Assembly (NCBI GenBank): GCA_964512925.1
Contig: CAZEKH010000004.1
Coordinates: 2,431-66,430 of the forward strand
Source: an uncultured Candidatus Saccharibacteria bacterium
Lineage (GTDB): Bacteria > Patescibacteriota > Doudnabacteria > UBA920
Length of the DNA stretch: 64,000 nt
Reading direction: 5' to 3'
The notes under the pieces are model-generated. The model made no database searches. It had not been told where the DNA came from and was given only the letters and a program-made list of their open reading frames with translations. Below are positions 1 to 9,785 of this stretch, in pieces. Within the stretch, counting starts at the first letter, position 1. Each line of letters starts with the position of its first letter. Made by a program: the position numbers and the translations under genes.

Positions 1-2
1 TC

Positions 3-812
3 CCAAGCGGTTTAGGAGGAAGCGTAACTACTTTACCAACTCCAACTCCTGCTCCTACAGCAACTCCTACTCCAAACCCAACCGTAGCGCCGACTCCTGT
101 TGCAATTTCCGGACTTTTAGCGCGATACTCTTTTAACAGCTCTGATTTTAACGGTAGAATATTGGATATTTCTGGTAAAGGTATAAATCTTGATGTATAT
201 GGAGGATTTGTCTTGGAGCCGGGTAAGTTCAGCGAGTCAGGTAAATTTGACGGCGTAAGTACTTATTTAAATGGTTTTTCTGACAGTTCTTTGGCTTTAG
301 TTAACAGTTTGACTTTGTCAGCCTGGGTGAAGACAAGTTCCTCGGGTGATGACAGGGCTGTTATATCTAAATTAGATGCGGCTGGAAGAGAATATGGATA
401 TCTGCTGAAAATAAATTCAGAAGGCAATCCCGAACTTAGGATTGGCGGAAACAATTTAAGCAGCGGTTACGGACAGGATTTTACTTCATCTGTAAAAGTT
501 AACAACGGGCAATGGCGCCATATTGCCGCTGTAATAACTTTGGGGCAAGGAGTAAAACTTTATGTGGACGGACAGTTAACCAACAGTTTTAATTCTCAGG
601 TTTTGTCCAGCGCTGGCGGAGTTAATCTGCACATAGGTGTTAACCCTTGGAGGCCTTATGGCTATAATTTCAACGGAAATATTGATGAAGTCAGGATATA
701 CGGCAGGGCGCTAAGCGATGGGGAAGTTTCAAGCCTTTATACACTTGGCTCCCAAGTGCTTGGTATTTCAACCCAGCTGTTATCAACACCGGTTTGGATA
801 AATCCAAAATAG
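3..812 (+). CDS. LamG/concanavalin-A-like domain surface protein, 5'-partial
   Basis: Frame open from the window start; Pro/Thr linker (PTPTPAPTATPTP) then LamG motifs (TLSAWVK, GQWRHIAAV, LYVDG, FNGNIDEVRIYGRALS). Confidence 0.8.
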   Translation, partial: PSGLGGSVTTLPTPTPAPTATPTPNPTVAPTPVAISGLLARYSFNSSDFNGRILDISGKGINLDVYGGFVLEPGKFSESGKFDGVSTYLNGFSDSSLALVNSLTLSAWVKTSSSGDDRAVISKLDAAGREYGYLLKINSEGNPELRIGGNNLSSGYGQDFTSSVKVNNGQWRHIAAVITLGQGVKLYVDGQLTNSFNSQVLSSAGGVNLHIGVNPWRPYGYNFNGNIDEVRIYGRALSDGEVSSLYTLGSQVLGISTQLLSTPVWINPK

Positions 813-820
813 AACTTAAA

Positions 821-857
821 TTAAAATCCTCCCCGAAATTCACGGGGAGGATTTTAA
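821..857. terminator. bidirectional intrinsic terminator
   Basis: TTAAAATCCTCCCCG-loop-CGGGGAGGATTTTAA between convergent genes. Confidence 0.8.
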
Positions 858-860
858 AAA

Positions 861-1349
861 TCATTCAAATAGCTGATGTAGGTCTTTTATATGGTTGATA
901 TCAGATGTTTTAATCAGCCGGATAAAAAATTTATTTCCCAATTCTGTCAATTCATTTTCAATTTCTGGGTCAAGGGCAAAAGGGGATATCCATATACTGT
1001 TCTGCCATTTTTTAAAGCCCAAGGATTTTAGTTTGGCTCTAAGTATGCCGCGAACAAATTTTTGTTTTTCCGGGATATCAAAAATTACAATTTTCCATAC
1101 CCCGTCTTTTTGCGGCCTAAGCCTGGAGACAAGCTTTTTTGCTTCTTTGGTTGCGCGAATTTTTAATTTGCCGTTTTCTTTGACTTTATCTAGAAGACCG
1201 TTTTCGGCAAGCCTGAAAATCAAGTTATAAAATTCTTTATAAGAAGATTTTGGTTGGAGGTTTTTATGAGCATCGGCAATTTGCAAGTCAGGATTGTCTA
1301 AAAAAGCTTTAAGCGCCTCAATTGTTGATTGGTTAAAAATTCTTGCCAT
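861..1349 (-). CDS. PaaX-family regulator-like protein (wHTH plus Cas2-like central domain)
   Basis: GVWKIVIFDIPEKQKFVRGILRAKLKSLGFKKWQNSIWISP matches the PaaX central ferredoxin-like domain. Confidence 0.75.
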   Translation of the reverse strand: MARIFNQSTIEALKAFLDNPDLQIADAHKNLQPKSSYKEFYNLIFRLAENGLLDKVKENGKLKIRATKEAKKLVSRLRPQKDGVWKIVIFDIPEKQKFVRGILRAKLKSLGFKKWQNSIWISPFALDPEIENELTELGNKFFIRLIKTSDINHIKDLHQLFE

Positions 1350-1506
1350 ATACGGAATAATATTCCACTTCTAGCAATAAATCAAGAAAGTATAGGATTA
1401 TTTGCATTTTGGCGTATATTTTTGTATGGGTATTTAAATGTAGGAAATTTACCGCTAGTATTTAGCTGTTTGTTGTAAATTATGCTATAATTATTACATA
1501 AAAATT

Positions 1507-2121
1507 ATGTATTTTGCGAAACAAAATTTGTATAATAAAATTTTTATATTTTTTCTTTTGATATCTTTTGTTTTTTCTCCGGCAATTTTATCACAAAAAG
1601 AAGAATCGGGCTTTTTAAAGCAGGCAGGCGGTAATCGAAAAACTGTCAGTTTAACAGTTAAAGTATTGGAATATAACAATCCGGCTGTACAGGTAGTAGT
1701 TTACCAGACAAAGCCGCAATGCCTAACTTTGAGCAGTTCGGAAAGTAAAAATTTGTTTGACCTGCAGGCCCAGGATGGGTATGTTTTAACCGGGCCGGTT
1801 AGCTGTTTTGTTCTTGCCAAACAAATTCAGAATCAGCCCCTAGACTTAACAGATAACAGCGGATTGGCGGTTGCTCCCTTAAAAACTCAAAATAATTATG
1901 AAATAAAAGTTTTAGCTGTGGGAACGCAAAATATTGTCCGCGCTAAAATAAGCCGGGAAATAAGAATAAATTATGTTTTTTTTCCACATAATAGCGAACA
2001 GATTTTTTACAATTTTAGATATTATAATTTTTCCGGTTATGCATCAGTTAAGAACGGTGCTTTAAACCCAGGCGGTCCAACGGATGACAATCAAGCCAGG
2101 ATTTTTGAAATGCTTTGTTGA
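1507..2121 (+). CDS. hypothetical exported protein
   Basis: 204-aa ORF with N-terminal hydrophobic helix; TGCTATAAT extended -10 at ~1484. Confidence 0.5.
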   Translation: MYFAKQNLYNKIFIFFLLISFVFSPAILSQKEESGFLKQAGGNRKTVSLTVKVLEYNNPAVQVVVYQTKPQCLTLSSSESKNLFDLQAQDGYVLTGPVSCFVLAKQIQNQPLDLTDNSGLAVAPLKTQNNYEIKVLAVGTQNIVRAKISREIRINYVFFPHNSEQIFYNFRYYNFSGYASVKNGALNPGGPTDDNQARIFEMLC

Positions 2122-2179
2122 AATAGTTTATTTTTTTGACTTTGTATTTACCAAATTAATTTTTTTTAAATCCAATCTT

Positions 2180-2728
2180 ATGAACGACGAAATAAAAATC
2201 AACAGGCAGCCGTCACAGGCGCCTCAGTCATCAATGACTTCTGAATATAAAGAAAAAACTCAACAGGCTTCTAAAGGTCCGTGGCTTGTTTTGGCCCTGG
2301 TAGTGGCGGTAATTTTGATTTTAGGCGGACTTTTTAGGCAGAAACTGTTTTCTAAACCTGGAAGTATGCAGTCGCAAAAGGAAACTAAAACTGTTTCAGG
2401 ACAAAAATATCAGGCAGTTTTTTTGACTAACGGGCAGGTGTATTTTGGAAAGATTTCCAACACCAATTCAGACTGGGTGACTATGAGCAGTATTTATTAT
2501 CTTCAGGTAATCCAGCAGCAGCCGCTGCAAGGAACCCCGCAGGGTCAACAGCAACCTGGTCAGCAGCAAATAACTTTGGTTAAGCTGGGCCAGGAACTTC
2601 ACGGTCCGGTTGATGAAATGCATATCAACAAGCAGCAAATATTGTTTTGGGAAGATTTGAAAGCTGACGGCCAGGTGGTTCAGGCTATAGAAAAGAACCT
2701 TCAGGAAACGCAAGCGCCAGCAAAATAA
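2180..2728 (+). CDS. conserved membrane-anchored hypothetical protein (YQAVFLTNGQVYFGK type)
   Basis: Single TM helix then YQAVFLTNGQVYFGKI...LVKLGQELHGP; ATG at 2180 preferred over the ORF-track start. Confidence 0.7.
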   Translation: MNDEIKINRQPSQAPQSSMTSEYKEKTQQASKGPWLVLALVVAVILILGGLFRQKLFSKPGSMQSQKETKTVSGQKYQAVFLTNGQVYFGKISNTNSDWVTMSSIYYLQVIQQQPLQGTPQGQQQPGQQQITLVKLGQELHGPVDEMHINKQQILFWEDLKADGQVVQAIEKNLQETQAPAK

Positions 2729-2732
2729 TCGG

Positions 2733-2773
2733 ATTTAAAAAACCCGCCCTTTTTATAAAGGGCGGGTTTTAAA
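2733..2773. terminator. bidirectional intrinsic terminator
   Basis: AAAACCCGCCCTTT-TAT-AAAGGGCGGGTTTT between convergent genes. Confidence 0.85.
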
Positions 2774-2785
2774 TTTGTATTCAGT

Positions 2786-3127
2786 TTAGACCGATTTAAC
2801 CATTTGGTCGAAAGCTTCAGGATGCTGAACAGCCATCTCTGCTAACATTTTTCTGTTTAGCTGGATGTTGTTTTTCTTCATCAAGGAAGCAAATTTGCTC
2901 CAGGTAGTGCCATTCTCTCTTAAGGCTGCATTGCAGCGAATAAGCCACAGAGCTCTGAAATCTCGTTTTTTATTGCGTCTGTCGCGATAGCTGTATGAAT
3001 CAGCTTTCAATAAAGCCATTCTGGCGGCGACAAAGTTGGTGGATCTGCGGTTGGTAAACCCCTTAGCTCTTTTTAAGAGGTTTTTTCTGCGCTTGTTTGC
3101 GGCAACGCCGCGTTTGATTCTGGTCAT
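2786..3127 (-). CDS. rplT: 50S ribosomal protein L20
   Basis: MTRIKRG...YRDRRNKKRDFRALWLIRCNAA...LNRKMLAEMA; follows rpmI. Confidence 0.97.
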   Translation of the reverse strand: MTRIKRGVAANKRRKNLLKRAKGFTNRRSTNFVAARMALLKADSYSYRDRRNKKRDFRALWLIRCNAALRENGTTWSKFASLMKKNNIQLNRKMLAEMAVQHPEAFDQMVKSV

Positions 3128-3129
3128 AG

Positions 3130-3219
3130 TTGCGACACTAATTTACGAATTGCACACGAATCACCCGAATTAGTGTCATTCGAGTCTTAATTCGGATCAT
3201 TCGAGTCGGTTAATTATTT
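3130..3219. repeat. 90-bp direct repeat, copy 1 (CGAAT/ATTCG quasi-palindrome)
   Basis: 88/90 identical to 3417-3506; fills almost the whole rpmI-rplT spacer. Confidence 0.9.
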
Positions 3220-3408
3220 GTATGGAATTAAGCTTTTAAGCTTGTCGTTGGTTTTGTGGAGGGAAAAGTCTCGACGTTTGTTTTTTGTAACTTTGCCTGA
3301 CTCTCTGGAATTAAAGTGGTTCTGTCCGGCTCGCCTGACTAGCATTTTACCTTTTTTACTGATCTTAATGCGTTTGGCTGTTCCTTGATGGGTTTTTACT
3401 TTTGGCAT
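3214..3408 (-). CDS. rpmI: 50S ribosomal protein L35
   Basis: MPKVKTHQGTAKRIKISKKGKMLVRRAGQNHFN; ATG at 3408. Confidence 0.95.
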   Translation of the reverse strand: MPKVKTHQGTAKRIKISKKGKMLVRRAGQNHFNSRESGKVTKNKRRDFSLHKTNDKLKSLIPYK

Positions 3409-3416
3409 AGTGATTA

Positions 3417-3506
3417 TTGCGACCCTAATTTTCGAATTGCACACGAATCACCCGAATTAGTGTCATTCGAGTCTTAATTCGGATCATTCGAGTCGGTTAA
3501 TTATTT
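3417..3506. repeat. 90-bp direct repeat, copy 2
   Basis: Near-identical to 3130-3219; fills the infC-rpmI spacer. Confidence 0.9.
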
Positions 3507-4007
3507 TGATGGAGCTATAAGTAAGGAAAAGGTGCCGCCCATTTTTTTGATCGGGATTTCTATCCGGAACGGAACGGAGATGAACTTTAAGAAAGTATCT
3601 AAGTGTTCCTTGCCAAGATGGGCGTAGGCTTGCTCCCGACCGCGCATCCGAAGCTCAATTTTTACCAAATCGCCATCATTTAGAAATTCGTCTATCTTTT
3701 TTGCCTTTACTTGCATATCGTGTTCGGAAATTCTGACAGAAATCCAGATGGTTTTTACTTCGGTTTTTTGGGAATTTTTCTTTTGCAAGGCTTCGGCTTT
3801 CTTTTGCTGATATTTGTATTTGGCAAAATCTATCACTTTGCAGACCGGGGGTTTTGCCATAGGCGCAACCTCCACCAAATCTAAGCCATTGTCAGTGGCT
3901 AATTTTAAAGCCTCAGAGGTTTTCATTACCCCGATTTGCTGGCCTTCTTCGTTTATTACCCGAACTTCGGGCACGTTGATTTGATGATTTAGTCTGACTT
4001 TAAGCAA
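3501..4007 (-). CDS. infC: translation initiation factor IF-3
   Basis: RLNHQINVPEVRVI...LDLVEVAPMAKPPVCKVIDFAKYKY...MRGRE; non-ATG start (TTG, or the ATA immediately upstream), as is typical of infC. Confidence 0.96.
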   Translation of the reverse strand: MLKVRLNHQINVPEVRVINEEGQQIGVMKTSEALKLATDNGLDLVEVAPMAKPPVCKVIDFAKYKYQQKKAEALQKKNSQKTEVKTIWISVRISEHDMQVKAKKIDEFLNDGDLVKIELRMRGREQAYAHLGKEHLDTFLKFISVPFRIEIPIKKMGGTFSLLIAPSK

Positions 4008-4210
4008 TATGTTTTGTATTTAAAAAGCTAATAGATTATAGCCTGGATTGTGGAAATTGTCAATAAAATTCAGTTAAATGACGGAAATTCGAACAAAAAC
4101 CAAAAACTAGCGCTGTTTCATTTATATTTTGTCAGTCAATCCGTTTCCCATACCCCTTAAATATAGTTATTTGCTGGAATTGACTCGTCAGGTTTAAAAA
4201 TAAAACGGCA

Positions 4211-5560
4211 CTAGAATAATAAAGATAAAATCGTTGCAATTGCGATTACAAGCATAAGCAGTACTGTCAGCCAGCCGAAAAAGTTAGCAAATTTCCCATT
4301 TTTCCATTGTTTCATTATTTTGGCGCTGCCGGATATTTTGACTATCAGGATTAAAATTATCGGCGCAATAAGCCCGTTTAAAACCGCGGAATATATCAGG
4401 GCGCGCATTGAATCCAGGCCGGAAAAATTTATCAAGAGGCCCAAAATCATAGAAATGCCAATGATAGTATAAAAAGCCACGGCCTTTTTTGGTTTTCTGT
4501 ATAGGCCGTTTCGTAAGCCAAAAGCTTCTGACAGCGCATAGGCAGCGCCGCCGGCCAGGATGGGCACGGCTAAAAGACCGGTGCCGATGATGCCTAAAGT
4601 AAAAAGTAAAAATGCCCGGTTGCCGGCCAGCGGCCTTAAAGCTTCTGCCGCTTCAGATGCGTTGGAAATATTGTGGATGCCATTCGGATACAAAGTGGCG
4701 GCGCAAGTCATAATGATGAAAAACATTACCAGGTTGGAAAAAAACATTCCGGTCCAGACATCTTTTCTCATCTCAGTAATTTCTTCGGGCTGTGTTTCAG
4801 CTTGCCTCAGTTTTAGGGTGGTTTTGCCGCTGAGTATTTCTTCTTCAACTTCCTGGGAAGTCTGCCAAAAGAACAGGTACGGCGAAATAGTGGTGCCTAA
4901 AATTGCGCATACTAACAAAATTTGTCCGCGGTCAAAGCCGAGGTGGGGAACCAGGGAATGATAAGCCAGCTGTCTTGCGTCAATATCTAAAAGCAAGCCC
5001 GTAAAGATGTAGGCCATCAGGGTAAAGGCCATCCATTTTAAATATCTGGCGTAGTTTTTATAGCTGACAAAAAACTGTAAAAGCAGAGATAGACAGCTAA
5101 AAAAGATCACTAAAACCGTGAAATTCCCATTTGGCCACAACAATTTAACTGCCTGGGCCATAGCCCCGAGGTCGGCTCCTAGGTTAAAAGTATTGGCAAA
5201 AAACAGCAACCCGGTAGTCAAATACAAAACCCATTTGGGAAAATGAGCTCGTATATTTGCGGCAAGGCCACGGCCTGTGACAATGCCGATCCTGGCGCAC
5301 ATTTCTTGAATAACTGCCATTATGGGAAAAGTCAGGGGAGCTAGCCATAAGAACTGAAAACCGTATTTAGCTCCGGCTTGAGAGTAGGTGGCGATGCCGG
5401 AAGGGTCGTCGTCAGCTGCCCCGGTTGTAAGTCCTGGCCCTAAATTGTTCCAGTAGTTTTCGGCTTTAGACAAAGCCCTGCGGCGGAAATTTTTGACCGA
5501 AAAATATTTATCTTCCGACTGATTTTTGTTTGTTGGTTTCAATTTTTTTGTTGCAGCCAT
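4211..5560 (-). CDS. NRAMP-family divalent metal transporter
   Basis: LGPGLTTGAADDDPSGIATYSQAGA and GTTISPYLFFWQ motifs; many TM helices. Confidence 0.9.
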   Translation of the reverse strand: MAATKKLKPTNKNQSEDKYFSVKNFRRRALSKAENYWNNLGPGLTTGAADDDPSGIATYSQAGAKYGFQFLWLAPLTFPIMAVIQEMCARIGIVTGRGLAANIRAHFPKWVLYLTTGLLFFANTFNLGADLGAMAQAVKLLWPNGNFTVLVIFFSCLSLLLQFFVSYKNYARYLKWMAFTLMAYIFTGLLLDIDARQLAYHSLVPHLGFDRGQILLVCAILGTTISPYLFFWQTSQEVEEEILSGKTTLKLRQAETQPEEITEMRKDVWTGMFFSNLVMFFIIMTCAATLYPNGIHNISNASEAAEALRPLAGNRAFLLFTLGIIGTGLLAVPILAGGAAYALSEAFGLRNGLYRKPKKAVAFYTIIGISMILGLLINFSGLDSMRALIYSAVLNGLIAPIILILIVKISGSAKIMKQWKNGKFANFFGWLTVLLMLVIAIATILSLLF

Positions 5561-5640
5561 TAGAAAAATACTGGCTTAGAAAACTATAAGGCTTGGAAAT
5601 ATTGTGGCAAATTTTTAAATCCAAAGCAAGCGTTAAAATA

Positions 5641-6357
5641 TTATTTTTTTAACGAAAATTCCGCCCTGACAGTTACCATAACTTCTTTATTGATCTTTGA
5701 GGTGTCGTATGAGCCGTAATCTGACACTTCCTGACTGCCTTCGGACAAAACCTGGACAACGCCCTGACTGGCGTTTTTCAGGCTGCCGAGTTTTTTGCCT
5801 CCGCTTTCAGCGATTTGCCCTGCCCTTTGGGAGGCGTCTTTCATCGCGTCTTTCAAAAGCTCCACCCTCAGGCCGGACAGTTTGCTATAAGAATATTCCA
5901 AACTGCCTGAGGATATCAGAACGCCTTTGTTGATAAGTTCGGAAATATTTTTTGCCATTGAAGTTAGTTTTTCAACTTCGGTGGAGGAGATTTCAAATGT
6001 TTGACTGAGGACGTATTCGGGGTTGTTGTTGTAGATGTATGGCTGGGTTTGCGAGACTGGGGAGAAAGTTTCATTGCCGGTTTGAATATTGTTTTTTTTG
6101 AAAAATGCAACAACAGACAAACGATCGGCTTCTAGCTGTTCATAGGCTTGTTTTAGCCCGCTGTCAGACGGGGCGGTACGGGTGTAAAAACCTGTCCATT
6201 TGACCGTATCGGACACTACTTTTTTTCTGGCAGAGCCTGTTACAGACAGGCTGTTTTCCAGATTTTTACTTTGTAAAAAAAATCCTCCGACAATGCTAAA
6301 ACTCACAATCATTCCTACAGCTAGTATCAAGCTAGGTTTGGTAAAGTTATTTTCCAT
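5641..6357 (-). CDS. SIMPL/DUF541-domain protein
   Basis: TM anchor, LSVTGSARKKVVSD...AMKDASQRAGQIAE...LGSLKNASQG...VMVTVRAEFSL. Confidence 0.85.
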   Translation of the reverse strand: MENNFTKPSLILAVGMIVSFSIVGGFFLQSKNLENSLSVTGSARKKVVSDTVKWTGFYTRTAPSDSGLKQAYEQLEADRLSVVAFFKKNNIQTGNETFSPVSQTQPYIYNNNPEYVLSQTFEISSTEVEKLTSMAKNISELINKGVLISSGSLEYSYSKLSGLRVELLKDAMKDASQRAGQIAESGGKKLGSLKNASQGVVQVLSEGSQEVSDYGSYDTSKINKEVMVTVRAEFSLKK

Positions 6358-6380
6358 ATTTTTTTACTTACTACTTACTA

Positions 6381-7088
6381 CTATACAATATCAGTGAACA
6401 CTTGTAAATTTTTTATTTTATACAACCCTAAAACGGGCAGTTCGTTGAGTTTTTGAGAATTTTCCTTAAACCTATTAAAAGCCTCAGCTTTTTCCCGGCC
6501 ACAGATGAGAGCAACCGCATCATCTACCATAGAAAATAAAGGAAATGTTCCAGTAATTCTTTCCGGGTATTCGTGTTTGTCAAAGGCGGTGTAAGCGGCT
6601 ATCCAATTTTCAGATTCAAATAACTGCTTAAAAAACTCCGGATTGTCAGGATAGGGGAAGATGCCGGCTGTATGGCCGTCTTTACCCATACCAAATGTCG
6701 CCACTATTTTGCCTGTGGGATGTTGCTGCCGCCATTTTTTTAAACGCTCTTCAAACCTTTTGCCGGCTTGCTCTAGAGTTTCTTCAGGCCTGGGTAGGGT
6801 GCCAAAGAAATTGACATTTTGGCTTAAAGCCATTTCATAGAAGTCGGTTTTTTGTAGCCTAGTAAAGTTGTTAACTTTTTCGTCCTGGGTAAACCTTTCA
6901 TCCATTACCGTGACGGTTAAATGCTCTCCCATCGCGCTTTCCGGGATACGGTTTAAAAGTTCCAGAGCAGAGCCGCCAGAGCTTAAAAGCAGGGTAGGAA
7001 AAGCCTTATATGAAAGTAAAATGTCCGCCAAAGCCTGTCCGGCTGCGGCTATGGTCATATCCTGGTTGGTAAAAGCTTGAATATTCAT
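6381..7088 (-). CDS. pgl: 6-phosphogluconolactonase family protein
   Basis: LSSGGSA, DERF, FGMGKDGHTAGIFP, RIT motifs. Confidence 0.8.
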   Translation of the reverse strand: MNIQAFTNQDMTIAAAGQALADILLSYKAFPTLLLSSGGSALELLNRIPESAMGEHLTVTVMDERFTQDEKVNNFTRLQKTDFYEMALSQNVNFFGTLPRPEETLEQAGKRFEERLKKWRQQHPTGKIVATFGMGKDGHTAGIFPYPDNPEFFKQLFESENWIAAYTAFDKHEYPERITGTFPLFSMVDDAVALICGREKAEAFNRFKENSQKLNELPVLGLYKIKNLQVFTDIV

Positions 7089-7142
7089 AAAACTAAGAAT
7101 AGTTATGATATAATATGGTTATAATAACAGAAATAAAATATT

Positions 7143-9761
7143 ATGAAAATTTGGAATTTTGGGAAACGTTTTTGGTTATATAGATCGGTAAATTTAATAT
7201 TGGCTTTGATTTTAAGTTTCGGGTTTATGGTCAAGCCTGCCGAGGCGGATAGCCTGCAAGGCTTGAAAGTTCCGTCTGTGTTGTCGCAGAATACTCCAGA
7301 GCTTTTGGCTGACTTTAACAATGTCCGGGCAAAGGTCAGTGTATATCTAGATGGTTGGGAAGCGGGAAAAGCCAGGCTTAGGGTCGATATGCAAAGATTG
7401 TATCAAGATTCAGCAAGTGTAATAGGTTACCGCCTGCGTATTTTTCCTTATGGAAAAACTTCAGTTAGAGATTATTTGCATTATGAATTTGCCGGCACTA
7501 ATGATAGCCAATATACCAGATATGTTTTTAATCCTGATCAGAAGTATTGGGTTGAATATCTGTTGAGATATAAATCGGGGAGCGTTGTATATCTGTACCG
7601 TATTGCCAGGCTGGAGATTATAATCCCGAAAGAAGAGTCCGGAGCTTCTTCGTCAACTCCGCTTCCGACAATTTATCCATCCCCGATAATTTCTGTGGTT
7701 CCGACGGTGTATCCGACGGTTGTACCTACTATTGTCCCAACTCCAGCACCCCTAGTCCAGACACAAACCGGAATAGAGGTTTCCTATCTAGGCAAGCTTG
7801 GTGATTTTACCGGCGCGGGCAACTATTTGCCTGACGGAGCTTCGGATTCCGGCATCAGGGTTAAGCTGGTTGGTCAAAAATCCGAAACAATCTCCAAGCT
7901 GGAAGTTAAAAGCAGTATCGGAGGAGTTTGGAATACCGCGCAGAATAGCCCGAATTGGTATTTAAAAGGGGTTTTGGATTCAAACGGAATACTTTTAAAC
8001 ACGCCCCTTAGAACTGTTAACTTTCCGCTAAATCCGAGTCAAACTTTTACTATTTATTTTTCAGACACCTTAAATAATGATTATGTGCCAGCCGGGTCAG
8101 TTTTAACTGTTTTGGTTACTTTAAGCAGCGGCCAGGAAATTTCGGCAAATGTTTTTGCCATACCCGGCGCTACAGGAGCGTCGCAAACAAATTCTGGCAA
8201 TCCCCCTCAGCCAGGCGGTAGTCCTAACTTGGAAATAGATACTGCCAATATAGTGAATTTCAGTCCGGTGAATAAGTCTGTAAATGAGCCGAGTAGAAAT
8301 GTAAACGGGCAGCCGGTAGTCAGACTGGACACAGACGGCAATGCCATAGACGCGCATGATGGAGAGATTAAAAAATTTGGCAATACTTACTATTTGTATG
8401 GAACCAGCTATAACTGCGGTTTTGAATATTTAAGTTACAACCAAAAACCTTTCTGCGGGTTTAAGTCGTATTCTTCGCAAGATATGGTGCATTGGAAAGA
8501 CGAAGGACTGCTTTTTGACCCGAGTTCCCAGTACTGGCAAACTTTGTGCGCTAGCTTAGGCTGCTTTAGGCCGCATATGATATATAACCAGCAAACCGGT
8601 CAATACGTCCTTTGGATAAATGCTGCGACAAATGATGTCGGTTACAGGGTATTGACCAGTAGTTCGCCGGTTTCCGGATTTGTGCTGCAAAGTTTGCCAA
8701 ATCAAATGAAGCGCAAAGCTTGGGCAGGGGATCATAACTTGTTTGTAGATGACAACGGTTCAGCTTATATCATCGGCACAAACTATGGAGTTGAGGGAGA
8801 GGTGTTTAAGCTGGTGGTTGAAAAGTTAAACGGCAGTTATACCGATGCAACCGGGGAGTTTTCGTATGTCAGTCAGGAAGGCTTGGGAGAAGCCCCTTCA
8901 ATAGTAAAAAGAAACGGTATATATTATTTGCTATACAATCCTGGATGCCCGTATTGCCCGGAAAGCCCTACCAGGTATTTTACTTCTTTTTCCCCAATGG
9001 GTCCTTGGGTCTATAAAGGCGAGATTTCTGCCACTTCCTGCGGTGGGCAGCCAGCCCATATAGAAAAAATCGGTGACAGATATTTATATATGAGTGATTT
9101 GTGGCACCAAAACAAACCTTTTGTTTTTACCGAAGAAACTAAGCATAAAATTTATAAAAACCAAGGCAGGGCTAACTATTTCTGGAGCACTTTGTCTTTT
9201 GCTTCAGACGGCAGTTTACAGCCTTTGGTATGCAGTCAGAGTTTGCCCAATCCTTTTGTGGTTTCTTCAGGCAGTCAAAAGTCGATTTATAACCTTGATC
9301 AGTCTTCCGGGGTTTCTGGATTTTCCCAGGTTTGCGATATAGACAGCACAAAGCCTCGTTTACAAAAGTTCACAGCAGGAAAAACCGGCAGGCTAAATTC
9401 CGTAAGTGTCAATGTGTTTCAAAGCGGCCAGTTGGGAGATGCTTTTGTAAATGGGGATTTGGTTTTGGAAATCTCGGAGATGTCAGGTAGCCAGCCGGGC
9501 AGTGTGTTGTATTCGCAAGTAGTGGCGAAAAATGCCATAGGTTTTTCCGCTAGGAAAGTAACCATCCAGCCAAACATATCAGTCAGCGCAGGTAAAACTT
9601 ATGCTGTAACCCTTAAAACTTCATCCCAAGGTCAGGGCTGTTATGGAGTTTTGTACAGTGATGCCAACCCATATAACTTAGGCGAGTCAATGGTATTTGG
9701 TGGCGGAGGTTATACTGCTGAAACCAACCGGGATATAAAATTTGAAACTCAAGTACAGTAA
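7143..9761 (+). CDS. secreted multidomain glycoside hydrolase family 43 (GH43_24-like)
   Basis: Signal-like N-terminus, P/T linker, IDAHDGEI..YYLYGT, YSSQDMVHWKDEG, RPHMIYN, GDHNLFVDDNG, EAPSIVKRNGIYYL, YMSDLW. Confidence 0.8.
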   Translation: MKIWNFGKRFWLYRSVNLILALILSFGFMVKPAEADSLQGLKVPSVLSQNTPELLADFNNVRAKVSVYLDGWEAGKARLRVDMQRLYQDSASVIGYRLRIFPYGKTSVRDYLHYEFAGTNDSQYTRYVFNPDQKYWVEYLLRYKSGSVVYLYRIARLEIIIPKEESGASSSTPLPTIYPSPIISVVPTVYPTVVPTIVPTPAPLVQTQTGIEVSYLGKLGDFTGAGNYLPDGASDSGIRVKLVGQKSETISKLEVKSSIGGVWNTAQNSPNWYLKGVLDSNGILLNTPLRTVNFPLNPSQTFTIYFSDTLNNDYVPAGSVLTVLVTLSSGQEISANVFAIPGATGASQTNSGNPPQPGGSPNLEIDTANIVNFSPVNKSVNEPSRNVNGQPVVRLDTDGNAIDAHDGEIKKFGNTYYLYGTSYNCGFEYLSYNQKPFCGFKSYSSQDMVHWKDEGLLFDPSSQYWQTLCASLGCFRPHMIYNQQTGQYVLWINAATNDVGYRVLTSSSPVSGFVLQSLPNQMKRKAWAGDHNLFVDDNGSAYIIGTNYGVEGEVFKLVVEKLNGSYTDATGEFSYVSQEGLGEAPSIVKRNGIYYLLYNPGCPYCPESPTRYFTSFSPMGPWVYKGEISATSCGGQPAHIEKIGDRYLYMSDLWHQNKPFVFTEETKHKIYKNQGRANYFWSTLSFASDGSLQPLVCSQSLPNPFVVSSGSQKSIYNLDQSSGVSGFSQVCDIDSTKPRLQKFTAGKTGRLNSVSVNVFQSGQLGDAFVNGDLVLEISEMSGSQPGSVLYSQVVAKNAIGFSARKVTIQPNISVSAGKTYAVTLKTSSQGQGCYGVLYSDANPYNLGESMVFGGGGYTAETNRDIKFETQVQ

Positions 9762-9785
9762 AGGTTCTAAAGCAAGCAGTTTAAT

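Noticed and set aside
30-100. CCAACT/CCTACT repeats (also 7650-7750, 59270-59340)
   Set aside because: Ordinary Pro/Thr linker coding in surface proteins.
861-1349. Cas2-like protein suggesting CRISPR
   Set aside because: The FDIPE motif follows an N-terminal wHTH as in PaaX-family regulators; no cas1 or array nearby.
4560-4961. Antisense/shadow ORFs over conserved genes (also 895-1230, 10620-11333, 25993-26559, 40608-41015 and similar)
   Set aside because: Overlap well-supported genes on the other strand or frame and show no recognisable motifs.
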